41,230 nucleotides of DNA from Chiloscyllium plagiosum. Taxonomy: Eukaryota. Numbering within the stretch: the first letter of the stretch is position 1; each line of letters opens with the position of its first letter. A model generated the notes under the pieces. The model did not search any database, was not told the DNA's origin, and saw nothing but the letters and a program-made list of their open reading frames with translations. Both the position numbers and the translations under genes were made by a program. The DNA is taken from positions 25,538,630 through 25,579,859 of the forward strand of contig NC_057720.1 of NCBI RefSeq assembly GCF_004010195.1, read 5' to 3'. This document shows positions 11,496-24,232 of this stretch, piece after piece.

Positions 11496-12024
11496 ATGTT
11501 GGTACAGCTTCTTCACTATGATCTCTTCACCTACTATGTTCTATCATTGGAATACCTGATTTCAGAGGATTACCAGCTGAATCATTTAAAAGCATTTTAA
11601 AAATACGCATGAAGAGCTAATTAAATGACACTTAGTCGCATTTAAAAACCTTGCTTTTTGCATGTTAACATCAAAAACTAATTAGGGACATCATGACATT
11701 TGTATTTAATCATTAGAATATAGTTACTTTCTCAGTAAACGCAAAGTGACATTAGTAGTTAAACTCATTTCAGACTGATTGTATTTAATCTTTGAGATTA
11801 AATTTAAAATAAACAGCTCATCCGAGATGAGCGGCCCCTGATGTTTTTACTCTGGTCTGGCTGGTGAGGAAAATGGATCTTAAGGGGTGGTCCCCGCCAG
11901 CAGTGGCACCATCTGTGGATGGGACCTTCTCTTTCTACAGCCTGACGATTGTTGCTCCAATGATGACGCCAGAGACCAGTTTTCTACCTTTTTGGCATCT
12001 TCCATTTTGGGAACAGAAAATCTA

Positions 12025-12737
12025 GGTAATTGTTTCGCCTGGGCAGCCTGGTGCTGCCCTATGGTATGCCCTCATGCTCTCTTGATTGGCCCAGAGTTGA
12101 TCCCTTGGCTTGATGCTCATGGTCAAGTGGGCGAAATGCCAGGCCAAAAATATAGAAAATAGATGCAGGAGTAGGCCATTCAGTCCATCGAGCTTGCACC
12201 ACTTTACAATATGATCATGGCTGATCAAGCAATTTCAGTATCCCACTCCCACTTTCTCTCCAATATCTGTTGATCCTCTTAGTTTCAAGGCATGTCCAGC
12301 TCCCTCTTGAATGTATCTAATCATCTGGCCCCAACAGCTTTCTGTGGGAGAGAATTCCACAGGTTCACAACTCTCTGAATGAAGAAAGCCTTCCTCATCT
12401 CAGTCCTGAATGGCTCACCCCTTATTCTTAGACTGTGACCTCTAGTTCTGGACTTCCTCAATGTTGGGAACATTCTTCCCGCTTCTAGTCTGTACAGTCC
12501 CATAAGGATTTTATATGTTTCTATGAGACTTCACCCCTCATTCATCTAAATTCTAGTAAATACAAACCCAGTCGATCCAATCTTTCTTCATATGTCAGTC
12601 CTGGACTCCCTCAACAGCAAGAATGTCCTTCCTCAGATTAGGGGACCAAAACATTACTCAAGGTGTGGCCTCACCAAGTCCCTGTATAACTGCAGTAAGA
12701 TGAAGTTGCAGATTGAGGTTGAACACAATTCTATTTC
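12025..12737 (-). mobile_element. Fragment of an older LINE, split by the CR1 at 12148-12699
   Basis: Sequence ending ...GAAATGCCAGGCCA (12147) appears to resume at ATGAAGTTGCAGATTGAGGTTGAACACAATTCT (12700). Confidence 0.5.
12148..12699 (-). mobile_element. CR1 LINE 3' part
   Basis: ORF 12321..12503 SRTRGHSLRIRGEPFRTEMRKAFFIQRVVNLWNSLP; tail at 12148-12230. Confidence 0.9.
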
Positions 12738-12860
12738 TTCAGAATGATCATTGGACTGGTAACTTTAATGCCACTTTCTCTCTGACAATTTCTGGTGAAT
12801 TTTTCCAACAATTTCTTTATTTTTGTTTCAGATTTTCAGAATCTGCAATTGCTTTATTCT
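12735..12860 (+). mobile_element. Degenerate Penelope-like tail (family P1)
   Basis: TTTTTCCAACAATTTCT...TTTTGTTTCAGATTTTCAGAATCTGCA resembles 4640-4690; begins with inverted TCTTCAGAA. Confidence 0.45.
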
Positions 12861-12973
12861 AGGGTTATCAGCAACAATTGGCAATGGTTACGTGGTCTCT
12901 ATTAGACTAGCTTTTAATTTGATAATTATTCATTTAATTCATTTTCCCAATTGCCATGGCAGGTTCTAACTCA

Positions 12974-13121
12974 TCATTTCGGGCAAAAGCCCTTCATCAG
13001 GATTCATTCCAAAATGTTGATTGTCTTGCTCCTTGGATGTTGCCTGACCTGCTGTGCTTTTCCAGCACCACTCTAATTTAGACTCTGATTTCCAGCACCT
13101 GCAGTCCCCACTTTTGCCTAA
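12974..13121. mobile_element. Penelope-like insert (family P2) with short inverted head
   Basis: 11-bp TSD GTTCTAACTCA at 12963-12973 and 13122-13132; body homologous to 4900-5083 and 17742-17871. Confidence 0.75.
12977..13000 (-). ncRNA. Hammerhead core and helix II, truncated at helix III
   Basis: Minus strand CUGAUGA-A-GGGC-UUUU-GCCC-GAAA, both conserved boxes intact. Confidence 0.6.
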
Positions 13122-13229
13122 GTTCTAACTCACGTCCCCACAGCATAAATCTGTGTCTCTGGATTATTATGCTACTGCCTTCCCTCGTCCTACTTCATTC
13201 AATTCTAATAACAGAACCCAATCAATTTT

Positions 13230-13700
13230 CACTGAACTCATATATTTCTTAGTAAAGGCCCTACCAAATATATCATAAGATCTCAAGGTAGATAACACTT
13301 AACAACTTTACTCTTATCCATTTAGTCCATTATTTCCTGTTAGATTTCTATTAGATCTGTTACAAGTGGCATTCTTCTAATAAACCCTCACAAAAGTGGT
13401 TTTATAGTATTAATCCTCACTGAATGCTTTTGAGTTGCTTCCTTTCAAATAGACTTTAATATTTTTTCCACTCCAGCCATAAAACTAGCAGTTACAATTC
13501 CCAGGATCATGCCTACAGCCTTTGAGGGTTGAAATTACATTTCCTATTTTGCAAACTCTGTGAGCATCTCTCTCCAATAACCTTTGCAAAATTCAACTCC
13601 AGTTATTTAGTATCACAGGTACATCGGATCGGCATTGGTGTTTTACGGACCTCCAAGTTCATTGCTTTCCTAATGACCATTTCAGTATTGAGCAGGGTTT
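13230..13700 (-). mobile_element. Very old CR1 RT-region fragment
   Basis: Residual similarity to antisense CR1 RT, e.g. AAATTACATTTCCTATTTTGCAA vs 5490-5510 region. Confidence 0.4.
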
Positions 13701-14435
13701 TTGCCATAAACATAGTTTATTTAGTTGTCTGGAAGGAATACAAAGGCTTTGGCATATTGTTCACCATCTCAATTTCCCATCCTTCCCATCTTTAATTTCT
13801 CCCACATGTTTTCTTAATATGTTGTCACTGCATTGATTTAGGACAAATGAGAACTCAGGGACTTTTCAAATATTGACATCGTTTGCCAGAGCAACACTAA
13901 TTGAAAGTGACTCAATGAAATAAGAAATTTCTGAACATTAGCTTGTCTTCTTTATGCTCTGCAGTAGCAAAGAATTTAATGTAATACTTGTTTTGGCACT
14001 GAGCAAACATAATTTAATGTTGTAGTAGATAATCAGATAACACACGCCACCCTGTTAGGTTGAATGAGATCTGTGCAATCGAGTATAAAGGTAAATTATG
14101 AGTCTAGTCTAGGATTTTGCTACTGAGGCAGATAGCTTTTCTGGAAACTTCCAACCTTGACATAAATGGTATGATCCTTATTTTGCTCTGTAGCAGTGCA
14201 GGGTGTTGGGAGTGGTGTAGGTGCATGTGAGGGAGCTATGGGGTCAAGCTATACCTGCCACCCCTGGAAATGGAGTCTCAGGGGTGGCTAGGTATCAAGA
14301 TGCAGGCTGGTTAACATCTCCACCTCAGTGCTGTAGGATTTTGCCCTTGGAATGACATTCTAGCCCCTTGAGCCTTCACACCCCACTCACTCTCCATGCT
14401 ATCTTATAGCCTCCACTCACCCTCTTTACAGCTGC

Positions 14436-14619
14436 TTCAGCCAGAAGGGTAGTCGATGTATGGAACTCACAGAGGGCTGAGGACACCAAGTCATTGAGCA
14501 TATTTAAGACAGAGATAGAAATGTTTTTGATTAGTAAGGTGATCAATGGAGAAGACAAGAGCATGGGGGTGAGAAACATATTGCAGACTTAATGGGCTGA
14601 GTGGCCGATATCATGTATC
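14436..14619 (+). mobile_element. CR1 3' fragment
   Basis: Homologous to 10441-10650 (CAAGTCATTGAG...AGAGATAGA...GAGAAACATAT...ATGGGCTGA). Confidence 0.75.
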
Positions 14620-15779
14620 AGCATAGGCCCTTCCGTGCCTATTTTTCCACCCCATAGTCCCTTATAAATCTCATGCCAAATCATACTATTTAATGGTCCT
14701 TCCATATCCATTCAAACTGCCAAAAATCTCTAATCACCTCCATGGCAATGCATTGGCCCCATGCCCTCCACCCATAACCTTCAGCTTAACGTCTGGCCCT
14801 TTCATGCCTATTCATTCAGCATACACTCTGAACAGCCTCAATGAATCCAATAGTATCAATTGTATGAAACTATTTAAAAATAAATCATAAATTCTGTACT
14901 GAAAAATGTTGGCTGTTCCTGCAACCCCCTATAAAAGTTTCAACCAATCAGCCAATAGAAGTACAGGGCTCAACCATTTCACAACATTTATTTGCGTAAG
15001 ATTAAGCGTTGAGACAATGACAAGAAAGGTCCCAGAAAAAAAATTGCAATCACATAAAGGTATCAATCAGGCAAAGTCTACAGTTGTCTGCTTGACAGTC
15101 CAGCTTCTCAAAATGATTAGCTAGAGGGTGTCTGTTTTGACAGTGGAAGAAAACAGTTTATTTTGCTTGGTTAAATGATTCCAGTGTCATTTCATCTGTT
15201 GGATTTGGACTCTGTACTGAACCCCAAGGTAACAAAATACTTTGTGGAGAGTAACAAAATTGGTAAAAAGGACAAAAGGATTAGAAGGCAAATTAAAATT
15301 GGTTTTTGGACAACAATGATTAATATTTCAAAATTTCACCAGACGAGGCATGGCATGATATACAAGTTTGAAATGTGTTAGTCTATCTTTCTCATAGATT
15401 CCTATAGATTCTGAGGTCTCCTCTTCTTGGTTTCTGGAGCCTAGTGTTTTGATTCATTAGGTTCAATATATTACATTAGCCAATTTCACTTTAACATACA
15501 TACGATTCACTTTGCAGATTTAAGACTTCAGCTTTAGTTTCTTAGTCTGCCCTAACTTCTATTCCTTCAGATCCACCTTCACTGCTGGAACTACACAATG
15601 TACAACTGCCTGAAGCTGTGCCTCTTTCTCGCTTCCTACCTCCTCTCACTGCCAAGATTGGCTTTCCTGAAATGGCAAAGAGGTGAAATGTACAATGGGG
15701 CAGTCTGCTTGCCCAGTCTGAAGGAAAGTTGGTGGCTCCGCACCGATAATACACTGTGGACTAGATAAACTGGTACAGG

Positions 15780-15857
15780 TGGGAGGAGGTTGCTAGACTA
15801 TTTGGTTGACCAGCTATAGCCTTCAGAGCCCTGCAATGTCACAAATTACTGAATGGG
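15780..15857 (+). pseudogene. Possible second Myb/SANT-like (Harbinger ORF2) remnant
   Basis: WEEVARLFG*PAIAFRALQCHKLLNG resembles WEEVA..VS......R...QCRKK.NDL. Confidence 0.35.
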
Positions 15858-16161
15858 TGCTGCACAGATGAAGGCCACAATGAATCTCAGATCTAGGTAG
15901 GTTTGCAGCATTGGTGGGGAAGGTCTGTGCATCTTTGGAAGCAGAATAGGGTGGGGATGGAGGGTTGGATTTCAAAGTGTTGGGAGGAGGAAGGAAGGAA
16001 GAGGAGGTACTGTCCTCTGCCACCCATCTGCAGATGCCTAAAGGAGACACTAATGAAGGAGTTCCTTCCCACTCTTTTAAAAGCTTACAAAATGCTGCTC
16101 CTCCCATATTATGGCATGGAAAGAGTAATAATGGTGTCAATTGAGCTTTTATCAAGCTCAA

Positions 16162-16476
16162 GGGTAGCACATGGCACAGCTGCCTCACAGCACTAAGGAT
16201 CCGGGTGCGATTCCACCCTCAGGCACCTGCCTGTGTGGAGTTTGCACGTTCTCCCTGTTTTTGCCAGGCAGTCCGATTTCCTCTCACAGTCCAAAGATGT
16301 ACAGGTTAGGTGGTTTGGTCATGCTAAATTGCCCTTGGTTCAGGGATGTTTAAATTAGGTGTGCTAGCCATGGGAAATGTAAGGTTACAAGGAAAGGAAG
16401 GTGGATTGCTGTTCAGAGGGTCACTGTGGACTTGTTGGGTCAAATGGCCTGTTTCCACACTTGTAGGGATTCTATG
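16162..16476 (+). mobile_element. HE1-like V-SINE
   Basis: GCTGCCTCACAGC...GGTGCGATTCC (B box), TGTGTGGAGTTTGCACGTTCTCC, tail ATGGCCTGTTTCCACACT...GGGATTCTATG. Confidence 0.88.
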
Positions 16477-17623
16477 GCTTCAATTCCTTATTTGTTTAAA
16501 CATGGCTGGTGTGCTATGAAATTCCATACTTCCCCCTCCCCCATGTTATAAGAGTCAGCTAGGGATTGGGAATGAAGGGGATGGCCTGGTCACCCATCCT
16601 ACTTTACCAACCAAAACATATACAGTAGGGCATATAACATCCAGCTTTAAGACTATACATTACTGATCCCTGCAACCAGAGGTTTATAACAACCAGAAAA
16701 ATGCTGTAGTCTTCATTGCATTTTAATAACATCCCCTCAATCTGTAAAAATTATTTTAGTCACGACTTAGTTTCTCTGGCAACTCATAACTCAGAACAAA
16801 TACTCATCATCGGTCAATCACCTTTGTGCAAACTTATTCATTTATTAACTTTATTAATTAGATTTCTTAATTTATCTAATTCATTGGTACCACTATGTAG
16901 ATAGGCCGACCAGAGAGAAGGCATTATTGGATTTGGTACTTGGCAACAAACCAGATCAGGTGTCAGATCTCTTAGTGGGAGAGCATTTCGATGATAGTGA
17001 TCACAATTCCCTGACCTTTACTATAGTCATTGAGAGAGCGAGGAGCAGACGGTATAGGAAAGGGGGAGGGAATTACCATGCTATTAGGCAGGAACTGTGG
17101 TGCATAAATTGGGAACAGATAGTCTCAGGGAAATGAATGACAGAAATAAGGAGGTTGTTGAGAGAGCACTTGTCCCACTGAGGCAAGGAATGGATAGTAG
17201 GGTGAAAGAATCTTGGATGACAAGAGATGTAAAACATCTAGTCAAAAGGAAGAAGGAAGCTTACTTAAGGTTGAGGAGGCAAGGATCAGACAAGGCTCTA
17301 GAGGGTTACAAGATAGCCAGGAAGGAACTGAAGAATGGACTTAGGAGAGCTAAAAGGGGGCATGAAAAAGCCTTGGCGGGTAGGATTTAGGGAACTGCCA
17401 AGGCACTCTACACCTATGTGAGGAACAAGAGATGGCCAGAGTGAAGGTAGAGCTAATCAGAGATAGTAGAGGGAACTTGTGCCTGGAGTCTGAGGAGGTA
17501 GGGGAGGTCCTTAATTAATAATTTGCTTCAGTGTTCACTAGTGAGAGGGACCTTGTCATTAGTGAGGACAGTGTAAAACAGGCTGATACACTCGAATAGG
17601 TTGATTTTAAGAAGGAGAATGTG

Positions 17624-19765
17624 GGTTCAGGGGCGCATAAAATCACACTCTATGCAGATGATGTTCTCTTTTTCCTATCAAGCCTGGCAGTGCCGGTGCC
17701 TCATTTAATACAATGTATCAATTTATTTGGCTCTTTATTGGGATAAAGTGAGGTCTGCAGATGCTGGAGATCAGAGCTGAAAATGTGTTGCTGGAAAAGC
17801 GCAGCAGGTCAGGCAGCATCCAGGGAACAGGAGAATCGACGTTTTGGGCATAAGCCCTTCTTCAGGAATCCTGGGGGGTCTTGGGGGAATACCCGATCTC
17901 GAAGGTGAAATCCGATTCCCTTTCAGGTGTTCACAGGGAGGTTTTCTGTACCTCCCCATTTTCATTACTCCCGCCTTTGACCAGTTATATAAGGCTAACT
18001 TTGTGCACTTGCATGATGGGGTAAGCTAGGATCTTCAGCATTAGGAGGTTCTTCCAATATCTTGGTTAAGCCGAATAGCTCTTATTAAAATAAATGTTCT
18101 TCCTTGTTTATTATATCCCATGTGAATGTTCCCTCTGATATTGCCTAGGCAAACATTGCAGAGACTCAACGGTTCACTCGGTTCTTTTATTTGGCATCAC
18201 AGGCAGCCTCTCATTAAGCTTGTCATATTGCAACTTCCCCAGGGAATGGTGGGAGGGGTGGGGGTGGACTTTCCAGATATTAAGAGATATCAAATAAGCT
18301 CCCTACTATCCTTTGTTAAAGATTGAGCTTATGAGGACCTTTGGTCAACATGGCTGGGTATTGAGGCGTCCCAGGTGAAGTGCCCCTTTATTAATCATTT
18401 ATTCATGGATAAGATGAGGACAGTCACGGAGTATTGTCAGAACCCAATTGTCATCAATACGGTGCATGCAGAGTGATGCGACAAAGAGAGGGCAGTTTAT
18501 CTAAAACCTCCTTTCTCACTTCTGTAGAAGGAATGCCAGGATTTCGGCCAAGGATGATGGACTCTGGTTTTAAGTTATAGGCTCCAGGGGAGTCTCTTGT
18601 CTTGGAGACTTATTTGAGGGGGAGGTCATGATGTCCTTTGATCATGTGAGTCGCGAATATGAACTGCCTGGCAGGGACCTCTTTTGTTACCTTCAGGTCA
18701 GGGACTTGAAAAAGACTACACTTCCAATTGATCTTCATAGGTCTGATGTAGAGAGGGGAGTACTTCAGACTACAGGTACTCTCCCGATTAGCACCCTTTA
18801 CTATCTACTGGAAGGTGGTATCTCAAAAGATATTGAGCAGCTCCGTGGGGTCTTGGAGCAAGAGTTGGGAATGGAGATTTTTTCAGATCTGAGAGGACGT
18901 TTGGGAGAACATGAGAAAGATATCAATCTGCAACAGGATGCATGCTATGTACCTGAAGGTCCTTCATAGATTTTATCTGGCCCCAGAGCGGCTTGTGAAA
19001 TTCAAAAAGGGAGCATCTTCACTGTGTCCCAAATGTAAATTAGGTATTGGCACTCTTACCCATTGTTTGTGGTCATATCACAAGCTTTGCAAGTATTGGG
19101 GCGCTATAGTAACTGTCATGGAGGGGGTGCTGGGGGCTGAGGTCAAGATAGATCCTGTGTCTCTTCTCCTGGGCCTGCCAAATTTGCCTTCCTTCGATGA
19201 GCATGGGAAAAAGCTGTTTAATATTCTTACATATCGTGCAAAGAAGAACATTATGATGGGTATGGTCTCAGAAAGTCCTCCAGCCCTACTGGGATGGCGT
19301 AGATTAGTCATGGCAGACACCCCACTGGACCTCCTTACAAGTATGGTGCATCGGAAAACAGAATGTTTCTACATGTCATGGCGGCCCTTTCTGAACCATT
19401 GAGAAGCAGCTTTGTCAGCCATTTTAACTAGGACTTTTGTTTAGTCATGAGACCTGGACTTGATGAGCCAGGTGCCCTGAGAGGAAAAATCCCAAATAAA
19501 TATGGGTATGCTAACTGATGCTCCCGGTGATGGTGAGCTTTGGGGGGTGTGGGTTGCGCTGAGTGAAGTAATTTATTTTAATTTAATTTAATTTATTTTC
19601 AATTATTTATTGAGTTGTAGTATGGGTAGTTTTTTTATTATTTGCTTTGTAGAGTAGAATAGTAGTGAGTTTATTGTAATTGTTGTTATACTCTCAGATT
19701 GTTATATTTTTGTAATTATATAATTTTGTGAAGAGTAAAAATCTTTTCAATAAAAATAACAAAAA
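17624..19765 (+). mobile_element. L1/Tx1-clade LINE, 5'-truncated, inserted in CR1-A
   Basis: HKITLYADDVLFFL (~17636-17677); ORF 18911..19402 LKVLHRFYLAPERL...CPKC...THCLWS zinc knuckle; AATAAA 19749-19754 and A-tail; TSD AAGGAGRATGTG 17612-17623 / 19766-19777. Confidence 0.88.
17742..17871 (-). mobile_element. Penelope-like tail (family P2) inserted in the L1
   Basis: Minus strand CTGAAGA-A-GGGC-TTAT-GCCC-AAAA-CGTC (17865-17838) then the P2 body; no TSD seen. Confidence 0.75.
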
Positions 19766-20448
19766 AAGGAGGATGTGCTGGAAAATTTGAAACACATGAG
19801 GATAGAAAAGTCCCCTGGGCCTGACAGGATATACCCTAGGTTACTACAGGAAGCAAGGGAAGAGATTGCTGCACCTTTGGCGGTAATCTTTGTGTCCTCA
19901 ATGTTCACTGGAGTGATGCCAGATGATTGGATGGTGGCAAATGTTATTCCCTTGTTCAAGAAAAGTTATAGGGATAACCCTGGGAATTATAGTCCAGGCA
20001 ACCTTTTGTTGGTAGTGGGCAAATTATTGCAGAGGATTCTGAGAGATAGGATAAATGATTACTTGAAAAATCATAGTTTGATTAGAGATAGTGAGCATGG
20101 CTTTGTGAGGGGCAGATCATGCCTCACAAGTCGTATTAAATTCTTTGAAGATGTGACAAAACACATTGATGAAGGTAAATAAGTGGATGTGATGTACATG
20201 GATTTAGCAAGGCATTTGATAAGGTTCCCTATGGTAGGTTCATTTGGAAAGTAAGGAGGCATGTGTTACACGGAAACCTGTCTGCCTGGATACAGAATTG
20301 GTTTGCCCATAAAAGACAGAAGGTGGTAGAAGATGGAAAGTTTTCAGCCTGGAGCTCGGTGTCCAGTGATGTTCCTCAGGGGTCTGTTTTGGAATCTCTG
20401 CTCTTTGTGATTTTTATAAATGACTTGGATGAGGAAGTGAAAAGGTGG

Positions 20449-23400
20449 AATTGGAGCTGGATAAACTTAGAATCTTTCGGGAGGCTGAGGGTGTAATTGA
20501 GAGGAATTACAGGGAGGTAGTCACCTCAGATACAGAAAAATGATAGATGGGTTACAGTCAGGGGATGGAAGGGATCCCTTGTGGCCGTTCCCCTCAATAA
20601 CAAGTATACTGTTTTGGATATTGTTGGAGGGATGATTTATTAGGGGTAAGCAATGGGGTACAGGTCTCTGGCACAGAGTCTATCCCTGTTGCTCAGAAGG
20701 GAAGGGGGAGAGGAGTAGAACAGATAGGAGATTCTGTGGGGGAACTAGAGAGACTTGCAATTGGTGTCTTGCCTCCCAGGTGCCAGGGTTTATGATGTCT
20801 CAGATCATGTTCTTGGGATCCTTAAGGGGGAGAGGGAGCAGCCCCAACTCTTGGTTCACATAGGTTCCAATGACAAGGGTAAGAAAAAGCATGGAGTGTA
20901 AGACAGAAATTCAAGGAGCTAGGGTGGAAGCTTAGAGCTAGAACAAACAGAGTTGTTATCTCTGGTTTGTTACCCGTGCCATGTGGTAGTGAGGTGAGGA
21001 ATAGGGGAATAGAGCAGTTGAACACTTGGCTACAGGAATGGTGCAGGAGGGAGGGTTTCGGATACCTGGATAAATGGGCCTCATTCTGGGATAGGTGGGA
21101 TCTCTACAAACAGGATGGTCTTCATCTGAACCATAGGGGTACCAATATCCTGGATGGGGAAATTTGCTAATGATTTTCAGGTGGGTTTAAACTAATTCAG
21201 CAGGGGGTTAGGAAGCTGAATTGGAACCCCAGTGTACAGGAGATTCAGAGTAGTGAGGTCAGGAATAAGGTTTCAAGATCATAGAACAATACCAGCAGGT
21301 AGGAAGTTGGTTTGAAGTGTGTCTTCTTCAACGCCAGGAGCATCCAAAATAAGGTGGGTGAACTTGCAGCATGGGTTGATGCCTAGAACTTTGATGTTGT
21401 GGCAATTTCAGAGACATAGATAGAGCAGGGACAGGAATGGTTGTTGCAGGTTCCAAGGTTTAGATGGTGCAGCATGAATAGGGAAGGTTGTAAAAGAGGG
21501 GGAGGTGTGTCATTGTTAGTCAAGGACAGTATTACGGTGGCAGAAAGGACGTTTGATGAGGTCTTGTCTACTGAGGTAGTATGGGCTGAGGTTAGAAACA
21601 GGAAAGTAGAGGCCACCCTGTTGGGAGTTTTGTATGCCTCCGAAAAGTTCCAGCGATGTAGAGGAAAGGATTGTAAAGATGATTCCAGTTAGGAGTGAAA
21701 GTAATAGGGTAGTTGTTATGGGGTGTTTAACTGTCCAAATAATGATTGAAAATGCTATAGTTCAAGGACCTTAGATGAGACAGTTTTTGTCCAATGTGTG
21801 CAGGAGTTTCCTGACACAGTATGTAGATGGGCCAGAGCTAGAACAAACAGAGGTGCTAGCGAGGTGAGGAATAGGGAGAGAGAGGGATGGTGCAGGAGGG
21901 AGGGTTTTGGATTCCTGGATAAATGGGGTTCATTCTGGCGTAGATCACATTGGATTTGGTACTGGGTAATGAAACAGGCCAGGTGTTAGATTTGGAGGTA
22001 GGTGAGCACTTTGGTGAGAGTGACGATTCAGTTACATTTACTTTAGCAATGGAAAGGGATAGGTATATACCACAGGGTATGAGTATAGCTGAGGGAAAGG
22101 CAATTATGATGTGATTAGGCAAGTTTTAAGATGCGTAGGATGAGGAAGAAAACTGCAGGGAATGGGCACAACTGAAATGTGGAGCATGTTCAGGGAATAG
22201 CTACAGCGTGTCCTTGATAAGTATATACCTGTCAGGCAGGGAGGAAGTGGTCAAGTGAGGGAACCATGGTTTACTAAAGAAATTTAATCTCTTGTCAAAA
22301 GGAAGAAGGAGGCTTATGTAAAGATGAGACATGCAGGCTCAGTTAGGGCACTTGAGAGTTCCAAGTTAGTCAGGAAGGACCTAAAGAGAGAGCTAAGAAG
22401 AGCCAGGAAGGGACATGAGAAGTCTTTGGCAGATAGGATCAAGGAAAACCCAAAAGCTTTCTCTCAGTATGTCAGGAATAAAAGAATGATGTGAGTAAGA
22501 TTCGGGCCAGTCAAGGACATTAGTGGGAAGTTGTTCATGGAGTCCGAAGACATAGGACAGGCACTAAATGAATATTTTTCGTCAGGATTGACATAGAAAA
22601 AAGACAATGTTGTTGAGGAGAATACTAAGATACAGGCTATTAGACTAGATGGGATTGAGGTTCATAAGGAGGAGGTGTTAGCAATTCTGGAAAGTGTGAA
22701 AATGGATATATCCACTGGGCCAAATGGGATTTATCCTAGGATTCTCTGGAAAACTAGGGAGGAGATTGCAGAGCCTTTGGCTTTGATCTTTATGTTGTCA
22801 TTGTCTACAGAAATAGTGCCAGAAGACTGGAGGATAGCATATGTCATCCCCTCGTTCAAGAAGGGGAGTAGAGACAACTCTGGTAATTATAGACCAGTGA
22901 GCCTTACTTCGGTTGTGGGTAAACTGTTGGAAAGAATTATAAGAGGTAGGATACAATATCATCTAGAAAGGAATAATTTGTTTAGGCATAGTCAACGCGA
23001 TTTTGTGAAGGGTAGGTTGTGCATCACAAACCCTTATTGGGTTCTTTGAGAAGGTGGATGAGGGTAAAGCAGTTGATACGGTGTATACAGATTTCAGTAA
23101 AGTGTTTGATAAGGTTCTCATGGTAGGCTATTACAGAAAGTATGGAGGCATGGTACTGAGGGTGATTTAGCAGTCTGGATCAGAAATTGGCTAGTTGTAA
23201 GAAGACAGAGGGTGGTGGTTGATGGGAAATGTTCGTCCTGGTATTCAGTTGCTAGTGGTATACCACAAGGATTTGTTTTGGGGCCACTGTTATTTGTCAT
23301 TTTTATTAATGATCTGGATGAGGGCACAGAAGGATTTGTGGATGATACTAAAGTCGGTGGAGCTGTGGACAGTGTGGAAGCATGTTGCAGGTTACAGAGG

Positions 23401-24232
23401 GACATGGGTAAGCTGCAGAGCTGGGCTGAGAGGTAGCAAATTGAGTTTAATGCAGAAAGGTGTGAGGTGATTCACTTTGGAAGGAGTAACAGGAATACAG
23501 AGTACAGGGCTAATGCGAAGATTCTTGGTAGTGTGAATGAACAGAGAGATCTCGGTGTCCAGGTACATAGATGACTGAAAATTGCCACCCAGGTTGATAA
23601 GGTTGTTAAGAGGGCATATGATGTGTTAGCTTTTATTGGTAGAGGGATTGACTTTCGGAGCCATGAGGTCATGTTACAGCTGTACAAAACTCTAATGCGG
23701 CCACACTTGGAGTATTGCATACATGTCTGGTCGCTGCATTATAAGAAGGATGTGGAAGCATTGGAAAGGCTGCAGAGGAGATTTATCAGGATGTTGCCTG
23801 GTATGGAGAGAAGGTCTTATGAGGAAAGGCTGAGAGACTTGAGGCTGCTTTCGTTAGAGAGAAGAAGATTAAGAGGTGATTTAATGGAGACATACAAGAT
23901 TATCAAAGGATTAGATAGAGTAGACAGTGACGGCCTTTTTCCTTGGATAATGATGGCTAGCACAAGGGTACATAGCTTCAAATTGAGGGGTGATAGATAT
24001 AGGACAGGTGTCAGAGGTAAGTTCTTTATTCAGAGAGTAGTAAGGACATGGAATACACTGGTTGCAACAGTTTTAGACTTGCCAACTTTAAGGGCATTTA
24101 AATGGTCATTGATAGATATATGGATGATAATGGAATAGTGTAGGTTAGATGGGCTTCAGATTATTTTCACAGGTCGGCGCAACAGTGAGGGCAGAAGGGC
24201 TTGTACTGCACTGTAATGTTCTATATTCTATG
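20449..24232 (+). mobile_element. Near-full-length CR1 LINE (CR1-B): ORF1 esterase, ORF2 endonuclease and RT, tail; inserted in CR1-A
   Basis: ORF1 CLPGARV, HIGSND, KQDGLHLN (ORF 20967..21170); ORF2 FFNARSI, GGGVSLLVKD, NYRPVSLTS, FVDDTK, ORF 23623..24138; TTCTATG tail; many stops and frameshifts. Confidence 0.92.
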
